Shown: positions 25,403 to 34,487, counted from the stretch's first letter. The stretch: DNA of 64,000 nt from Verrucomicrobiota bacterium (GCA_041167675.1 JBEEIB010000146.1:2935-66934); one strand, 5' to 3'. A program made the numbers and translations. Notes: a model not told the origin generated them from the sequence alone.

Positions 25403-27682
25403 CTAGTGTGGCGCTAGCGCTGCCAACAATTTGTCGTAGCGCGGATCCTTACGGAGCGGGTCGAAATAAGGTTCGAGTTTGAGATGGTTGTAGAAAAGGC
25501 CGTACGGTACCTTCGATAAGATGTCCAACTGTTGAAAGGCGAGATCCGGATGGTCAGCCCACGCGTAAACGACAGCAAGATTCATCGCTACGAGGGGACC
25601 ATCCACGGCATCTTTAGAGACGGGTAACAGCTCAACGGCGCGCTCGCCTTCGGAGATGGCATCGTCTTTGTGCCCGAGCAACGCATCGACTACGGCCAAG
25701 TTGCTGAGCAGGATAGCATTTGTCGGTGAAGTCTCGACTTTCTGATTCAATAGCCGCCTTGTCCCGGAACCAACTTGTTCATCGGGCACTTGTCCCTGGA
25801 GCCGAGCGAGCAAGATGGAGTAACAATCAGCCGGAGCCGCAATGTCTCCGTAACGAAATAGCAAACCGTCCTCGCCTCTCACCTTATCAAGTAACTGTCT
25901 CGCTTGCTGCCAATCGCGACGACCAAGCGCTAGATTGAGGCGTTCAGCAAGAACAAGCTTGTCATCCGGTGTGGATGCAGAGAGCGATTCGAGTTGCGGG
26001 AGGTACGCCGTATCGTCTCCCGTTTTTACGACGTTCACATAATATTCCTTCCTCGCCTTCGCCATAGGCGCGTCTGGAACCCGAGCGATCAGTTGATCCC
26101 AGGCCCGCTCAGCTAGCGGGAACTGTCGAGTATTCGAGAGCGTTTCCGCTAAATCTGAAAGCGGTAGAGGATCGTGTGGATCGAGCTTGATTGCTTCGTT
26201 GAAAGAGTGAATTGCGCTCTCAAATCTGCCTTGTCGGCGAGCTATTAGCGCTTCGAGATAGTCCGTTTCGGCATTATTTGGCAAGCCTCGACGAGCGATC
26301 GCTAGCTCCGCCCGCGCGCGTTCATAGTCACGCCGGCTTCGGTAGAGGTGATTAGCGTGGGCTAACCGAACCTCTGGAAGATCGGGTTGCAGACGCAACG
26401 CGTCGTTGATTGCTTGATCTCCCAGAGTGCGCTGCGCAGAGCTCGGATCCCAAACAAGGTCCAAAGCGTCATGGGTATAGGCCATCAAACAATATGCACT
26501 CGCAAAATTCGGGTCGAGTTCCACGGCTTTCTGGAGCAGACTCAGAGCATCGCGCATGGGCCTCTCCTGGTGTCCGCTCACAGCGGACTGCGCACTTGTA
26601 ACTTTTTCTTTAGCCTTAAGATACATGTCGTATGCCTCTAAATTCTCGGTTGGTTTTTGTTCGATCCGCTTTTTTTCTTCTGGAGAGAGTGCAGCTGATA
26701 GTTTGCCCGCAATAGTTTGAGCAACCTCGCTCTGAATTGTAAAGATATCAGTGAGATCCCGGTCGTAGCTATCAGCCCAGACTGCGTTATCACTACGAGC
26801 GTCGACCAACTGAGCACTCACCCGAACGCGGTTTCCGTCCCGGCGCACCGTTCCTTCCAGTACGTTCGCGACACCCAACGCATAGGCAATCTGGCGCATA
26901 TCACGCTTGGTGTCGGCCCGATACTGCATGACCGAGGTGCGGCTGATGACTTTGAGTTGGGCGATCTTGGCCAGGTTATTGAGAATTTCGTCCTGAACTC
27001 CGTCCGCGAAATAGCCATCATCCTTAGCCGCACTGATGCTCTCGAAGGGAAGGACGGCAACGCTCTTAGCCGAAATCTCGGCGAGCAAACCGTTGGCAAT
27101 GGACTTTTGTTGTGCGGCCCGATCCGCTGCGATGTAGAACCACGCAGCTGTCAGGATTGCTGCGGCTGCGACGGCCAGGCCGCCTCCAACTAGCCAGTTG
27201 CGACGCTTCAGTGGGACAGCCAGGCCCGGGTAAGCAGTTGCTGACAGCGCGGCGGGATCCGGGTTGTTGATTGAGTCGCCGTTGGCCAACAGCTTTTTCA
27301 CCCGTTCAGTTAACGAGTTGAGATGCTTTTCCAGCGGAGCTGAGACCGCATCTAACCAGTGTACTGTCTCCAGGAAATAGCTCAGGCTGGTCTGCGGCAG
27401 CGTATCTTCGATGCGAAAAGGAATGACCTGCAGTCCCAGTGAGAAAGCTTTAGCAACTTCCCGTCGAACATGGCCCGAACCGTTCGCGTTTTCGGAAAAC
27501 ACGAGAACGAATACTCGACAAGCGGTGATCCCTCGCATGATCCCTTCGGTCCAATCGGACCCGTATTCAATGTTCCGAGGGGCCATCCAGCACGGGATCT
27601 CGGCAGACTCCAGCTGATGGCAAATAGCATCTGCTATTTCCTTGTCCTTACTCGAATGGCTAATAAAGACCTGTGGCGTCAT
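25403..27682 (-). CDS. TIR domain, TM helix, TolB-N-like periplasmic module and TPR-repeat protein
   Basis: A 759-aa intact ORF. The N-terminal TIR_2-like sequence is VFISHSSKDKEIADAICHQLESAEIPCWMAPRNIEYGSDW...VFVLVFSENANGSGHVRREV. The TM helix is WLVGGGLAVAAAAILTAAWFYIA. It is followed by SVAVLPFESISAAKDDGYFADGVQDEILNNLAKI...VLEGTVRRDGNRVRVSAQLVD and then multiple TPR units. Confidence 0.9.
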   Translation of the reverse strand: MTPQVFISHSSKDKEIADAICHQLESAEIPCWMAPRNIEYGSDWTEGIMRGITACRVFVLVFSENANGSGHVRREVAKAFSLGLQVIPFRIEDTLPQTSLSYFLETVHWLDAVSAPLEKHLNSLTERVKKLLANGDSINNPDPAALSATAYPGLAVPLKRRNWLVGGGLAVAAAAILTAAWFYIAADRAAQQKSIANGLLAEISAKSVAVLPFESISAAKDDGYFADGVQDEILNNLAKIAQLKVISRTSVMQYRADTKRDMRQIAYALGVANVLEGTVRRDGNRVRVSAQLVDARSDNAVWADSYDRDLTDIFTIQSEVAQTIAGKLSAALSPEEKKRIEQKPTENLEAYDMYLKAKEKVTSAQSAVSGHQERPMRDALSLLQKAVELDPNFASAYCLMAYTHDALDLVWDPSSAQRTLGDQAINDALRLQPDLPEVRLAHANHLYRSRRDYERARAELAIARRGLPNNAETDYLEALIARRQGRFESAIHSFNEAIKLDPHDPLPLSDLAETLSNTRQFPLAERAWDQLIARVPDAPMAKARKEYYVNVVKTGDDTAYLPQLESLSASTPDDKLVLAERLNLALGRRDWQQARQLLDKVRGEDGLLFRYGDIAAPADCYSILLARLQGQVPDEQVGSGTRRLLNQKVETSPTNAILLSNLAVVDALLGHKDDAISEGERAVELLPVSKDAVDGPLVAMNLAVVYAWADHPDLAFQQLDILSKVPYGLFYNHLKLEPYFDPLRKDPRYDKLLAALAPH

Positions 27683-27855
27683 GGCGTGCCTCCAGTGCGC
27701 ACGGCTCTATAGATAGATGGTTTGATCGACAATTGCTTGCAGAAAATTTATGGAGGATACGGGTGGGCCTCTCATTCGCGAGAGGGAGAAGGAGCGCGGA
27801 ATACACAATACGGAAGACGGTACATGGGAGCAGATTACCCACGGGTAGGAGGGCG

Positions 27856-27964
27856 CGTCGCTTGCGACGCCCGGAAATAACCCCTGACATAAACACGCCA
27901 TGCGGACCTCTAGGCCCGATTCCTCGGGTGCCCGTTGGGTGATCGGCGGGCGTCGCAAGCGACG
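27856..27964. repeat. Palindromic intergenic element with 18-bp inverted repeats
   Basis: CGTCGCTTGCGACGCCCG (27856-27873) is the reverse complement of 27947-27964. Each arm is itself a GTCGC-NN-GCGAC hairpin. It is preceded by GGTAGGAGGGCG. Confidence 0.6.
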
Positions 27965-28108
27965 AACACTCCGAGGTTAGGGATAGGTCGCAAGACGGTC
28001 GGGAAGGGCTGTTAGCTAAAAAAGCCCCTGGCCATGGTCAAGAGCGTTGACTCCGGTTGATCCGTTCTCGGCGGTACCGGCGGTGTCGGCGCTCCCGGCG
28101 TTCCTTCG

Positions 28109-28960
28109 CTAATTCGTGGCTCCAGCCGTCAATCCCCCACGCCAATATTTCCCAAGGAGGATAAACGCCGCGATGAGCGGCAAAACGCTGATGAGCGAGC
28201 CCAGCGCAATCAGGTGATAGGATGGTTTTCCGCCGCCGGCGGCGTTGATGACGCTGTTCCAAATGTTCAAGCCTAGCGTTAACGGGTATAGATCGTCGTT
28301 GCTGAGGACGATCAAAGGCAGAAAGAAGTTGTTCCAGGCACCGACAAAACTGAGCAACGCCACTGTGACCAAGCCGGACTGCATGAGGGGCATTCCGAGA
28401 TACCAAAAGATCCGCAGCTCACCGGCGCCATCCAGGCGCGCGGCTTCGATCAGATCGTTGGGAAATGAGGCGTTCCAGAAAACCCGCATCAGATAGAGAC
28501 CAAAGGGATTCACCAGGCTCGGCAAGATGACCCCCCAGATGCTGTTCACCAAGCCGAGCCGATAAAGCATGAGAAATAAGGGCAGAACCAGGGCGGTCGA
28601 AGGCACCATGATGGTACCGAGAATGAAGTTAAAAAGAAAGTGTTTACCGGGGAAGTCGTATTTGGCAAAGGCGTAGCCGCCCAACGCGCAAATCAATGTG
28701 CTTCCCACTGAAATCGATCCGGCGTAAAGGGGCGAATTGCCAAACCAACGGACAAAAATCCCGTCTCGAAAAGCGAACAGGTCTACGATGTTTTCAAAGA
28801 AGTGAGGCGGATTGGCGAACCAGAACCCGAAAGTCGTGAAAATCTGACTACTATCCTTGGTCACGGCCGCCAGGATCCAAGTCGCCGGCAGGATGCAATA
28901 GAGAAGGAAGATCGCGAGGACGGCATGACGAAGTGCTCCGGGGAGGGAACGTGCGCCAAT
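28109..28960 (-). pseudogene. MalG-like sugar ABC permease lacking a start codon (5' truncated)
   Basis: The ORF-track version starts at the GTG at 28864, inside TM1. The frame stays open upstream (IGARSLPGALRHAVLAIFLLYCILPATWILAA) to a TGA, with no ATG/GTG/TTG. The EAA loop is FPNDLIEAARLDGAGELRIFWYLGMP. Confidence 0.75.
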
Positions 28961-28987
28961 ATGGGCGGTAGGGACCGGCTCCTGCCG

Positions 28988-29434
28988 GTCCCATTGAAGC
29001 GAGCCGACCTCTCACCTGGGCCGATGTGTGAAGGGGATTGGAGTGCGAAAAGCGGTTATCTCGCCGCACTCGAATTAATCCGCCATCACCGAGGTAATTT
29101 CACCGCGCTGGTGACCGCCAACGATCATAGGGCGCTGGGCGCATTGAGTGCTTTTCACAAGAACGGAATCGCAGTCCCCGATGAAATATCGGTCATTGGA
29201 TACGACGGCATGCCGGAGTCTGAGTTTTATCAGCCCTCGCTGACCACCATTTACCAGGATTTCGCGGCTCTCGGAGAGATGAGTGTTGAGTTTCTTCTAA
29301 GAATGATCAACCAGCCTGGTACTTCGCCTCAACGTTTCATTTTGAAGCCGGTCCTGGTCCCCAGAAGGAGCACCGCGCCGCAGAACCACAAAAGAAAATA
29401 TAAACCACGAATGGACGCTAATGGACGCGAATAA
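28988..29434 (+). pseudogene. C-terminal half of a LacI-family regulator (no HTH and no N-terminal sugar-binding subdomain)
   Basis: GDWSAKSGYLAALELIRHHRGNFTALVTANDHRALGALSAFHKNGIAVPDEISVIGYDGMPESEFYQPSLTTIYQDFAALGEMSVEFLL is typical LacI/GalR C-terminal sequence. The upstream in-frame residues are non-homologous and overlap the permease remnant on the other strand. Confidence 0.7.
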
Positions 29435-29690
29435 ACGAACTTAATTCGTGTTCATTCGTGTCGATTCGCGGTTGAAAAAACCTCGACCAAACAGCGAAAA
29501 GCAAAAACTAACCACGAGTAGACGCTAATGGACGCGAATCAACGGATCTAATGCGTGTTCATTCGCGTCGATTCGCGGTTGAAAAAGCCTCGACCAAACA
29601 GCGAAAAGCAAAAACTAACCACGAATAGACACTAATGGACGCGAATCAACGGATCTAATGCGTGTTCATTCGTGTCGATTCGCGGTTGGA
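29403..29690. repeat. Tandem repeat with a 107-bp unit in about 2.7 copies
   Basis: Units start at 29403, 29510 and 29617 (AACCACGARTRGACRCTAATGGACGCGAAT...GTGTTCATTCGYGTCGATTCGCGGTTGAAAAA.CCTCGACCAAACAGCGAAAAGCAAAAACT). Each unit contains the hairpin GACGCGAAT...ATTCGCGTC. Confidence 0.9.
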
Positions 29691-29700
29691 AAACAACGAA

Positions 29701-31665
29701 ATGACGTCACGAACGCTACTCTCTACACCAAGCCTTGGTGTTTGTTATTATCCGGAACATTTGCTCACGGATTATTGGGCTACCGATTTTGATTCCATGC
29801 GTGAAATCGGAATACGCATCGTTCGCGTAGGTGAGTTCGCGTGGAGTAGGCTTGAGCCGGAGCCAAGCGAATACCGATTCTCCTGGTTGGAGCAACTTCT
29901 GGATTTGGCCGAATCGAAGAGTTTGTCCATTGTCCTTGGTACCCCAACGTCCGCGCGCCGAAGTGGCTGGTGGATCGGATGCCTGACATGGTTGCGGTCG
30001 ATGCATGGACAACGGAAAGGATTCGGTTCGCGGCGCCATTACTGTTTTTCGCATCTCGGTTACCGAAAGGAATGTGTGCGCATTGTAACTAAATTGGCCC
30101 AAGCCTTCGGCGAACACCCGGCGGTTATTGCCTGGCAGACGGACAACGAATTTGGTTGCCACGATACCGTACTGAGCTATTCCGACGCCGATCGCTCCGC
30201 CTTTCGAGCCTGGTTGCGAAACCGCTATCTATCAATTGAACAGTTAAACCAGGCTTGGGGAAATGTTTTCTGGAGCATGGAGTACAGGAGCTTCGACGAG
30301 ATCGAGCTTCCGAATCTTACGGTTACAGATCCAAATCCAGCTCATGAGCTCGATTATCGCCGCTTCTCCTCGGACGAGGTCGACAGCTTCAATCGGTTAC
30401 AAGTGGACCTTATTCGTCAGTATTCGCCGGGGCGAGCGGTTCTTCACAATTTCATGGCGACCTTTCTGGACTTCGACCATTTCAAAGTTTCCAAATCGCG
30501 GATGCGGCGAGTTGGGATTCTTATCCGTTGGGGGCGCTCACGCTGCTGAAGGCGCCCGAAGCGTACAAAGCCCGCCACCTTCGACTGGGTGATCCCGATC
30601 TCAGTGCCTTTCATCATGACCTTTATCGAGCCTGCGGCAGAGGTCGATTCTGGATTATGGAGCAGCAACCCGGGCCAGTGAACTGGGCGGCCTACAACCC
30701 TGCTCCGCACCCTGGCGCGGTTCGCCTTTGGACCTTCGAGGCGATCGCCCACGGGGCCGAAGTCGTCAGTTATTTCTGTTGGCGACAAGCGCCTTTTGCT
30801 CAGGAACAGATGCACTCCGGGTTGAATCTGCCCGATCGACAACCTGACGTCGGTGCATTCGAAGTTCGTCAAACTGCGAATGAACTTTCCCAGCTCGATC
30901 TAGCGTCGTTAGTGCCGGCAGAGACCGCACTGGTGTACGACTACGAAGCCGCATGGACGCTCGCTATTCAGCCGCAAAGGGAGGACTTTGATTACTTTGC
31001 GGTAGCCATCAGCTTCTATCGAGCGCTCAGACGATTCGGTCTGAATATCGATATTCTTCCACCGGGCGCTCCATTAGATGGTTACAAATTGGTAATGATT
31101 CCTCCGCTCCCAATCGTGTCTGCGAGCTTGATGCAATCCCTCACGCGATTTAATGGTCAGGTTCTCATCGGTCCGCGTACTGGATCCAAAACGCCAAATT
31201 TTCAAATCCCGGCCGAACTCCCGCCCGGTCCACTCCAAGAGGTGATGCCGATAAAAATCGTTCGGGTGGAGTCTTTACCGGATTTTGTTTCCTTCCCCTT
31301 GGTGTGGGAATCGGCCCAGTACCAATGCAATTTATGGCTCGAACACGTGCGAACTGATCTGGTGCCATTCATCCGGCTCGCAGATGGACACGGAATCGGC
31401 TATCGGAACGGCAACATCACCTATCTGGCGACGTTGCCGGAGCAATTTTTGCTGGGCGAAATTGTTGAAGATCTTCTAAACGCCGAAGGGTTCAAATTGA
31501 GCGAAATACCACCAGGCATTCGCGTCCGCACCCGCGGGAAGCATCGGTTTTTCTTTAACTATAATCCCGAACCGGTGAAGTTGAATCTGCCGCCTGAAAT
31601 TCGTAATGGGTGTCGCGGAGATGCCGGCCGCTGGTGTGACAATTGTGGAAGTGGCTCCGCTTTAA
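29701..31665 (+). pseudogene. GH42 beta-galactosidase with at least four frame disruptions
   Basis: GVCYYPEH, WQTDNEFGCH, ASWDSYPLG and FWIMEQQPGPVNW match Thermus-type GH42. The expected PPKWLVDRMPDMVAVDA is out of frame between about 29955 and 30010. There is a frame switch at the AAA run 30493-30495. The C-terminus FVMGVAEMPAAGVTIVEVAPL* is only reached after a shift at the AAA run 31597-31599. Confidence 0.85.
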
Positions 31666-31685
31666 GGTGAGCGATGATTCGAAGA

Positions 31686-31947
31686 GCGCCGAAGGCGCGT
31701 TTCAAGAAAGCCTAGGGCTTCGCCCTGGGCGCAGCCCTAGGAACAGGAATTTGGAGCGATCGAGCGCTGAAAGCGCGTGCCAACTACATACGCGCATCAT
31801 GCCGTACATTGTCAGGGGTGTTGCATTTGATAAACGATACCTTCGGGACCAGTAGCGTGTTGAAACGCACCTTCAGTGCGTGCTATTGGGGGGGACGAAT
31901 CCTAGGGCTGCGCCCTCTAGGCTTTCTTGAAAACACGCCTTCGGCGC
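31686..31947. repeat. Inverted pair of the roughly 90-bp repeat family (copies 2 and 3) forming a 262-bp palindromic structure
   Basis: 31686..31784 (+) and 31859..31947 (-). The outer arms are GCGCCGAAGGCGCGTTTCAAGAAAGCCTAGGG and CCTCTAGGCTTTCTTGAAAACACGCCTTCGGCGC. Confidence 0.75.
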
Positions 31948-32141
31948 TCGGCAATAATCCCGTGCCCACAAGAAAATCGAGGCGAGGATCCGGCGTGTTT
32001 GTTCTCTTTCAAAACGTCCAGAATTACGGACAACGAAAGAGCGGAGAGCTGCCGACAGTGGCTGAACTTTCTTCTAAATTTCTAAATTCCGGATTCTAAC
32101 TTCTCAAATTACGGCACATCCTCTGCTAAGAATTTTTCGAG

Positions 32142-33470
32142 ATGAGTACGCAAGTGATAGGTCGAACCCTGGATGAAATCCCTCTGTATCGTGAAGGCGT
32201 CTCAGACGACGAATCCGTTCTGAGATTTCAGGAGGATCCTATCGGTTTTCATCTCCGTGCTTTTCGACAGCTAGGGCCAATCTACGCCACTTATTTTCGC
32301 AAACGAACATGGGTCGTGCTAGCCGGTCTGGAAGCCAACGACTTTGTCTGGCGTAACTGGAAGATTTGGGACTATTCAGAAGCGAATGCTCCGTTCCTGG
32401 ACGAGATGGGGACCGACCACGTTACTGCGCTGGACGGTGAACATCACCGAGACAAGCGTACGATTCTTAAGCCTGCTTTTGATCAAGCACCCGCAATCCG
32501 TTTCTTGCCGGAATTTCATCGTCTACTGGAAGACGAGCTGCGTAAAGTAAGCCAAGAACGAATCGAATTGACCAAGTTTTGGGCGAAAGTCATCACCAAG
32601 ATCAATAGTCGAACTGTCGCTTGCGCGGAGATTCCCGACGATGTCATCGAACGAATGGCGGAATGGGAATACCAGATGTTGCCAGGGTTGTTCTTGGATG
32701 ATGGCAGGACCTCATACATCGAACGCGAGCGGTATCGGGCTCTCAAAGCGGAGACGTTCACCTGGCTGCGCAAGATCGTCGATGAGCGCCTGGCGAATCC
32801 CGGCCTTTACGACGATAACTTTGCCGCAACACTCAAAGCGAGAGCAATTCATGAAGGGGGCAGTCCGGATCGCGATCGATTAGTCAACGATCTTTATCTG
32901 ATCTTGCTGGCTGGAACTGACAACACTTCGAGCCTTATCAATTCGGCGCTCATCCTGGTCGCGGCCTATCCGGAATGGTTGGGCGCCTTACGCGAGGAAC
33001 TGGATTTATGGGATGGACGCGATATCAGAGCCTTAGCGCAAATGCCGAGACTGAAAGCGTCAATTTTAGAAACTCAACGGATACGGCCAGGGATCTTCGC
33101 GCTCGGTAAGCACGCGGGAGAAGATTTCGAATTTGAGGGTTATCGGGTACCGGCCGGAACGGATGTGTTGCATGTCAATACTCTTGGCCATTTCTTGGAA
33201 GAGGTGTACGAAGAGCCCTTTCGATTTAAGCCAGAGCGATTCTTGGAACAGGATAAATTCGTGCCTAAGACGTTTGGCTTATTTGGCGGTGGACCTCACG
33301 TCTGTCTGGGAAGAAATCACAGCCTGATGCAAACGCCCATTGCAGTGGCGCAGGCGATTCGAAATTACGATGTCATGTTTGAGGAGCCGCCGGAAAAACA
33401 TGTCCGGGTAGCCTATGCCGGATCCCGCGTCCATGAGGAGCTTTGGGTGAAATTAGTACCTCGGCGGTGA
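32142..33470 (+). CDS. Cytochrome P450
   Basis: A 442-aa ORF with heme-binding loop FGLFGGGPHVCLGRNHS, an ExxR-like ETQRIRP and an I-helix-like LAGTDNTS. Confidence 0.9.
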   Translation: MSTQVIGRTLDEIPLYREGVSDDESVLRFQEDPIGFHLRAFRQLGPIYATYFRKRTWVVLAGLEANDFVWRNWKIWDYSEANAPFLDEMGTDHVTALDGEHHRDKRTILKPAFDQAPAIRFLPEFHRLLEDELRKVSQERIELTKFWAKVITKINSRTVACAEIPDDVIERMAEWEYQMLPGLFLDDGRTSYIERERYRALKAETFTWLRKIVDERLANPGLYDDNFAATLKARAIHEGGSPDRDRLVNDLYLILLAGTDNTSSLINSALILVAAYPEWLGALREELDLWDGRDIRALAQMPRLKASILETQRIRPGIFALGKHAGEDFEFEGYRVPAGTDVLHVNTLGHFLEEVYEEPFRFKPERFLEQDKFVPKTFGLFGGGPHVCLGRNHSLMQTPIAVAQAIRNYDVMFEEPPEKHVRVAYAGSRVHEELWVKLVPRR

Positions 33471-33903
33471 AGGAGCGGTAATCGACGGAGTCAGTAATCG
33501 TGATTAGTACATCAAATAGCGTCCCGCTAGTCGGTGGAGATAGGAAAGCGTTCGGCGTTTGGCGGTCGGCGTTTTCCGTTCCCGGCGCTCGCGGCGATGT
33601 CGGCGTTCTCGGCGTTTCCTGGAGAGTGATTCGTGATTGGTGGCAATACCAGCACGAAGCGCAGCGAGATTTTAGCCCGGGCTAGGTTTTCGCAGCTCTT
33701 CGGGCCGCATATTAGTCACAGCCGAGGTACGCCAAACGCTGATACGACTGTCCCGGCGCTACTGGCTTTTGGCTCCTTCCACTTTGTCATCCGCCTCCTC
33801 TCACTTTTCACCTCTCACCTTTCACCGTCTGCAGTTCGCGGCGCTCCCGTCGTTATTAATTTGACGGTCAGGCTCGCGAGTATATCCTTTTGACCTTCCG
33901 TCT

Positions 33904-33990
33904 GGTGAGGTGGCTGAGCGGTCGAAAGCGGCGCTTTGCTAAAGCGTTATACTGGCAACGGTATCCAGGGTTCGAATCCCTGCCTCACCG
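33904..33990 (+). tRNA. tRNA-Ser (anticodon GCT)
   Basis: Folded by hand. The acceptor stem is GGTGAGG/CCTCACC and the D stem is GCT/AGC. The anticodon stem GCGCT/AGCGT carries the loop TTGCTAA. It has a long variable arm, the T arm CAGGG-TTCGAAT-CCCTG and discriminator G. No CCA is encoded. Confidence 0.9.
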
Positions 33991-34116
33991 CTCTATTTTA
34001 GCGCTTTCGCGACTCGATACGAGCGAGTTACGCGCAGAGCGTCACAGCTTCTCGAATGTTACGATAGTGCGCAAAAATGAGCGGAAATGAGTCTTTTATG
34101 AAAACTTTTGATAACT

Positions 34117-34442
34117 TTCCGTTCCGACGAAAAGCGCGGAGTGGAGCTTTTCCGGCTCGCGAAGGAAAAGGGGTTGGAAGGAATCATCGCGAAACGTAAG
34201 AGGAGCACGTATCAGCCTGGCCGGCGCTCACTGGATGGCTAAAGATTAAGGCACGATCGCAGCAAGAGTTCGTTGTCGGCTCCACCGAAGGCAAAGGAAG
34301 CCGAAAACATTTAGGCGCCCTATTATTGGGTGCGTACCGAAACGGAAAGCTTCGCTATTTCGGCCACTCCGGCGCAGGCTTCAGTGAAAAGGGAATAAGC
34401 GAAACGATTGAGCGACTAAAGCCGCCTTTCATCGCCGACTGA
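34117..34442 (+). pseudogene. Remnant of an ATP-dependent DNA ligase (LigD-type OB-fold region), frameshifted and truncated
   Basis: GVELFRLAKEKGLEGIIAKRKRSTYQPGRRSLD is followed, after a 1-nt shift at about 34234, by WLKIKARSQQEFVVGSTEGKGSRKHLGALLLGAYRNGKLRYFGHSGAGFSEKG. The adenylation domain is absent. Confidence 0.7.
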
Positions 34443-34487
34443 TGAAATCGTACGGGTTGCGCGACTCTAGCCCGAGCAAGTGTCGCC

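Noticed and set aside
29403-29690. Possible CRISPR array
   Set aside because: The 107-bp units are contiguous and near-identical along their whole length, so there are no unique spacers. No cas genes are nearby. It is a satellite-type tandem repeat.
33500-33893. Small ORFs upstream of tRNA-Ser
   Set aside because: They are composed of GT/GC microrepeat sequence (CGGCGTT strings) and have no coding signature.
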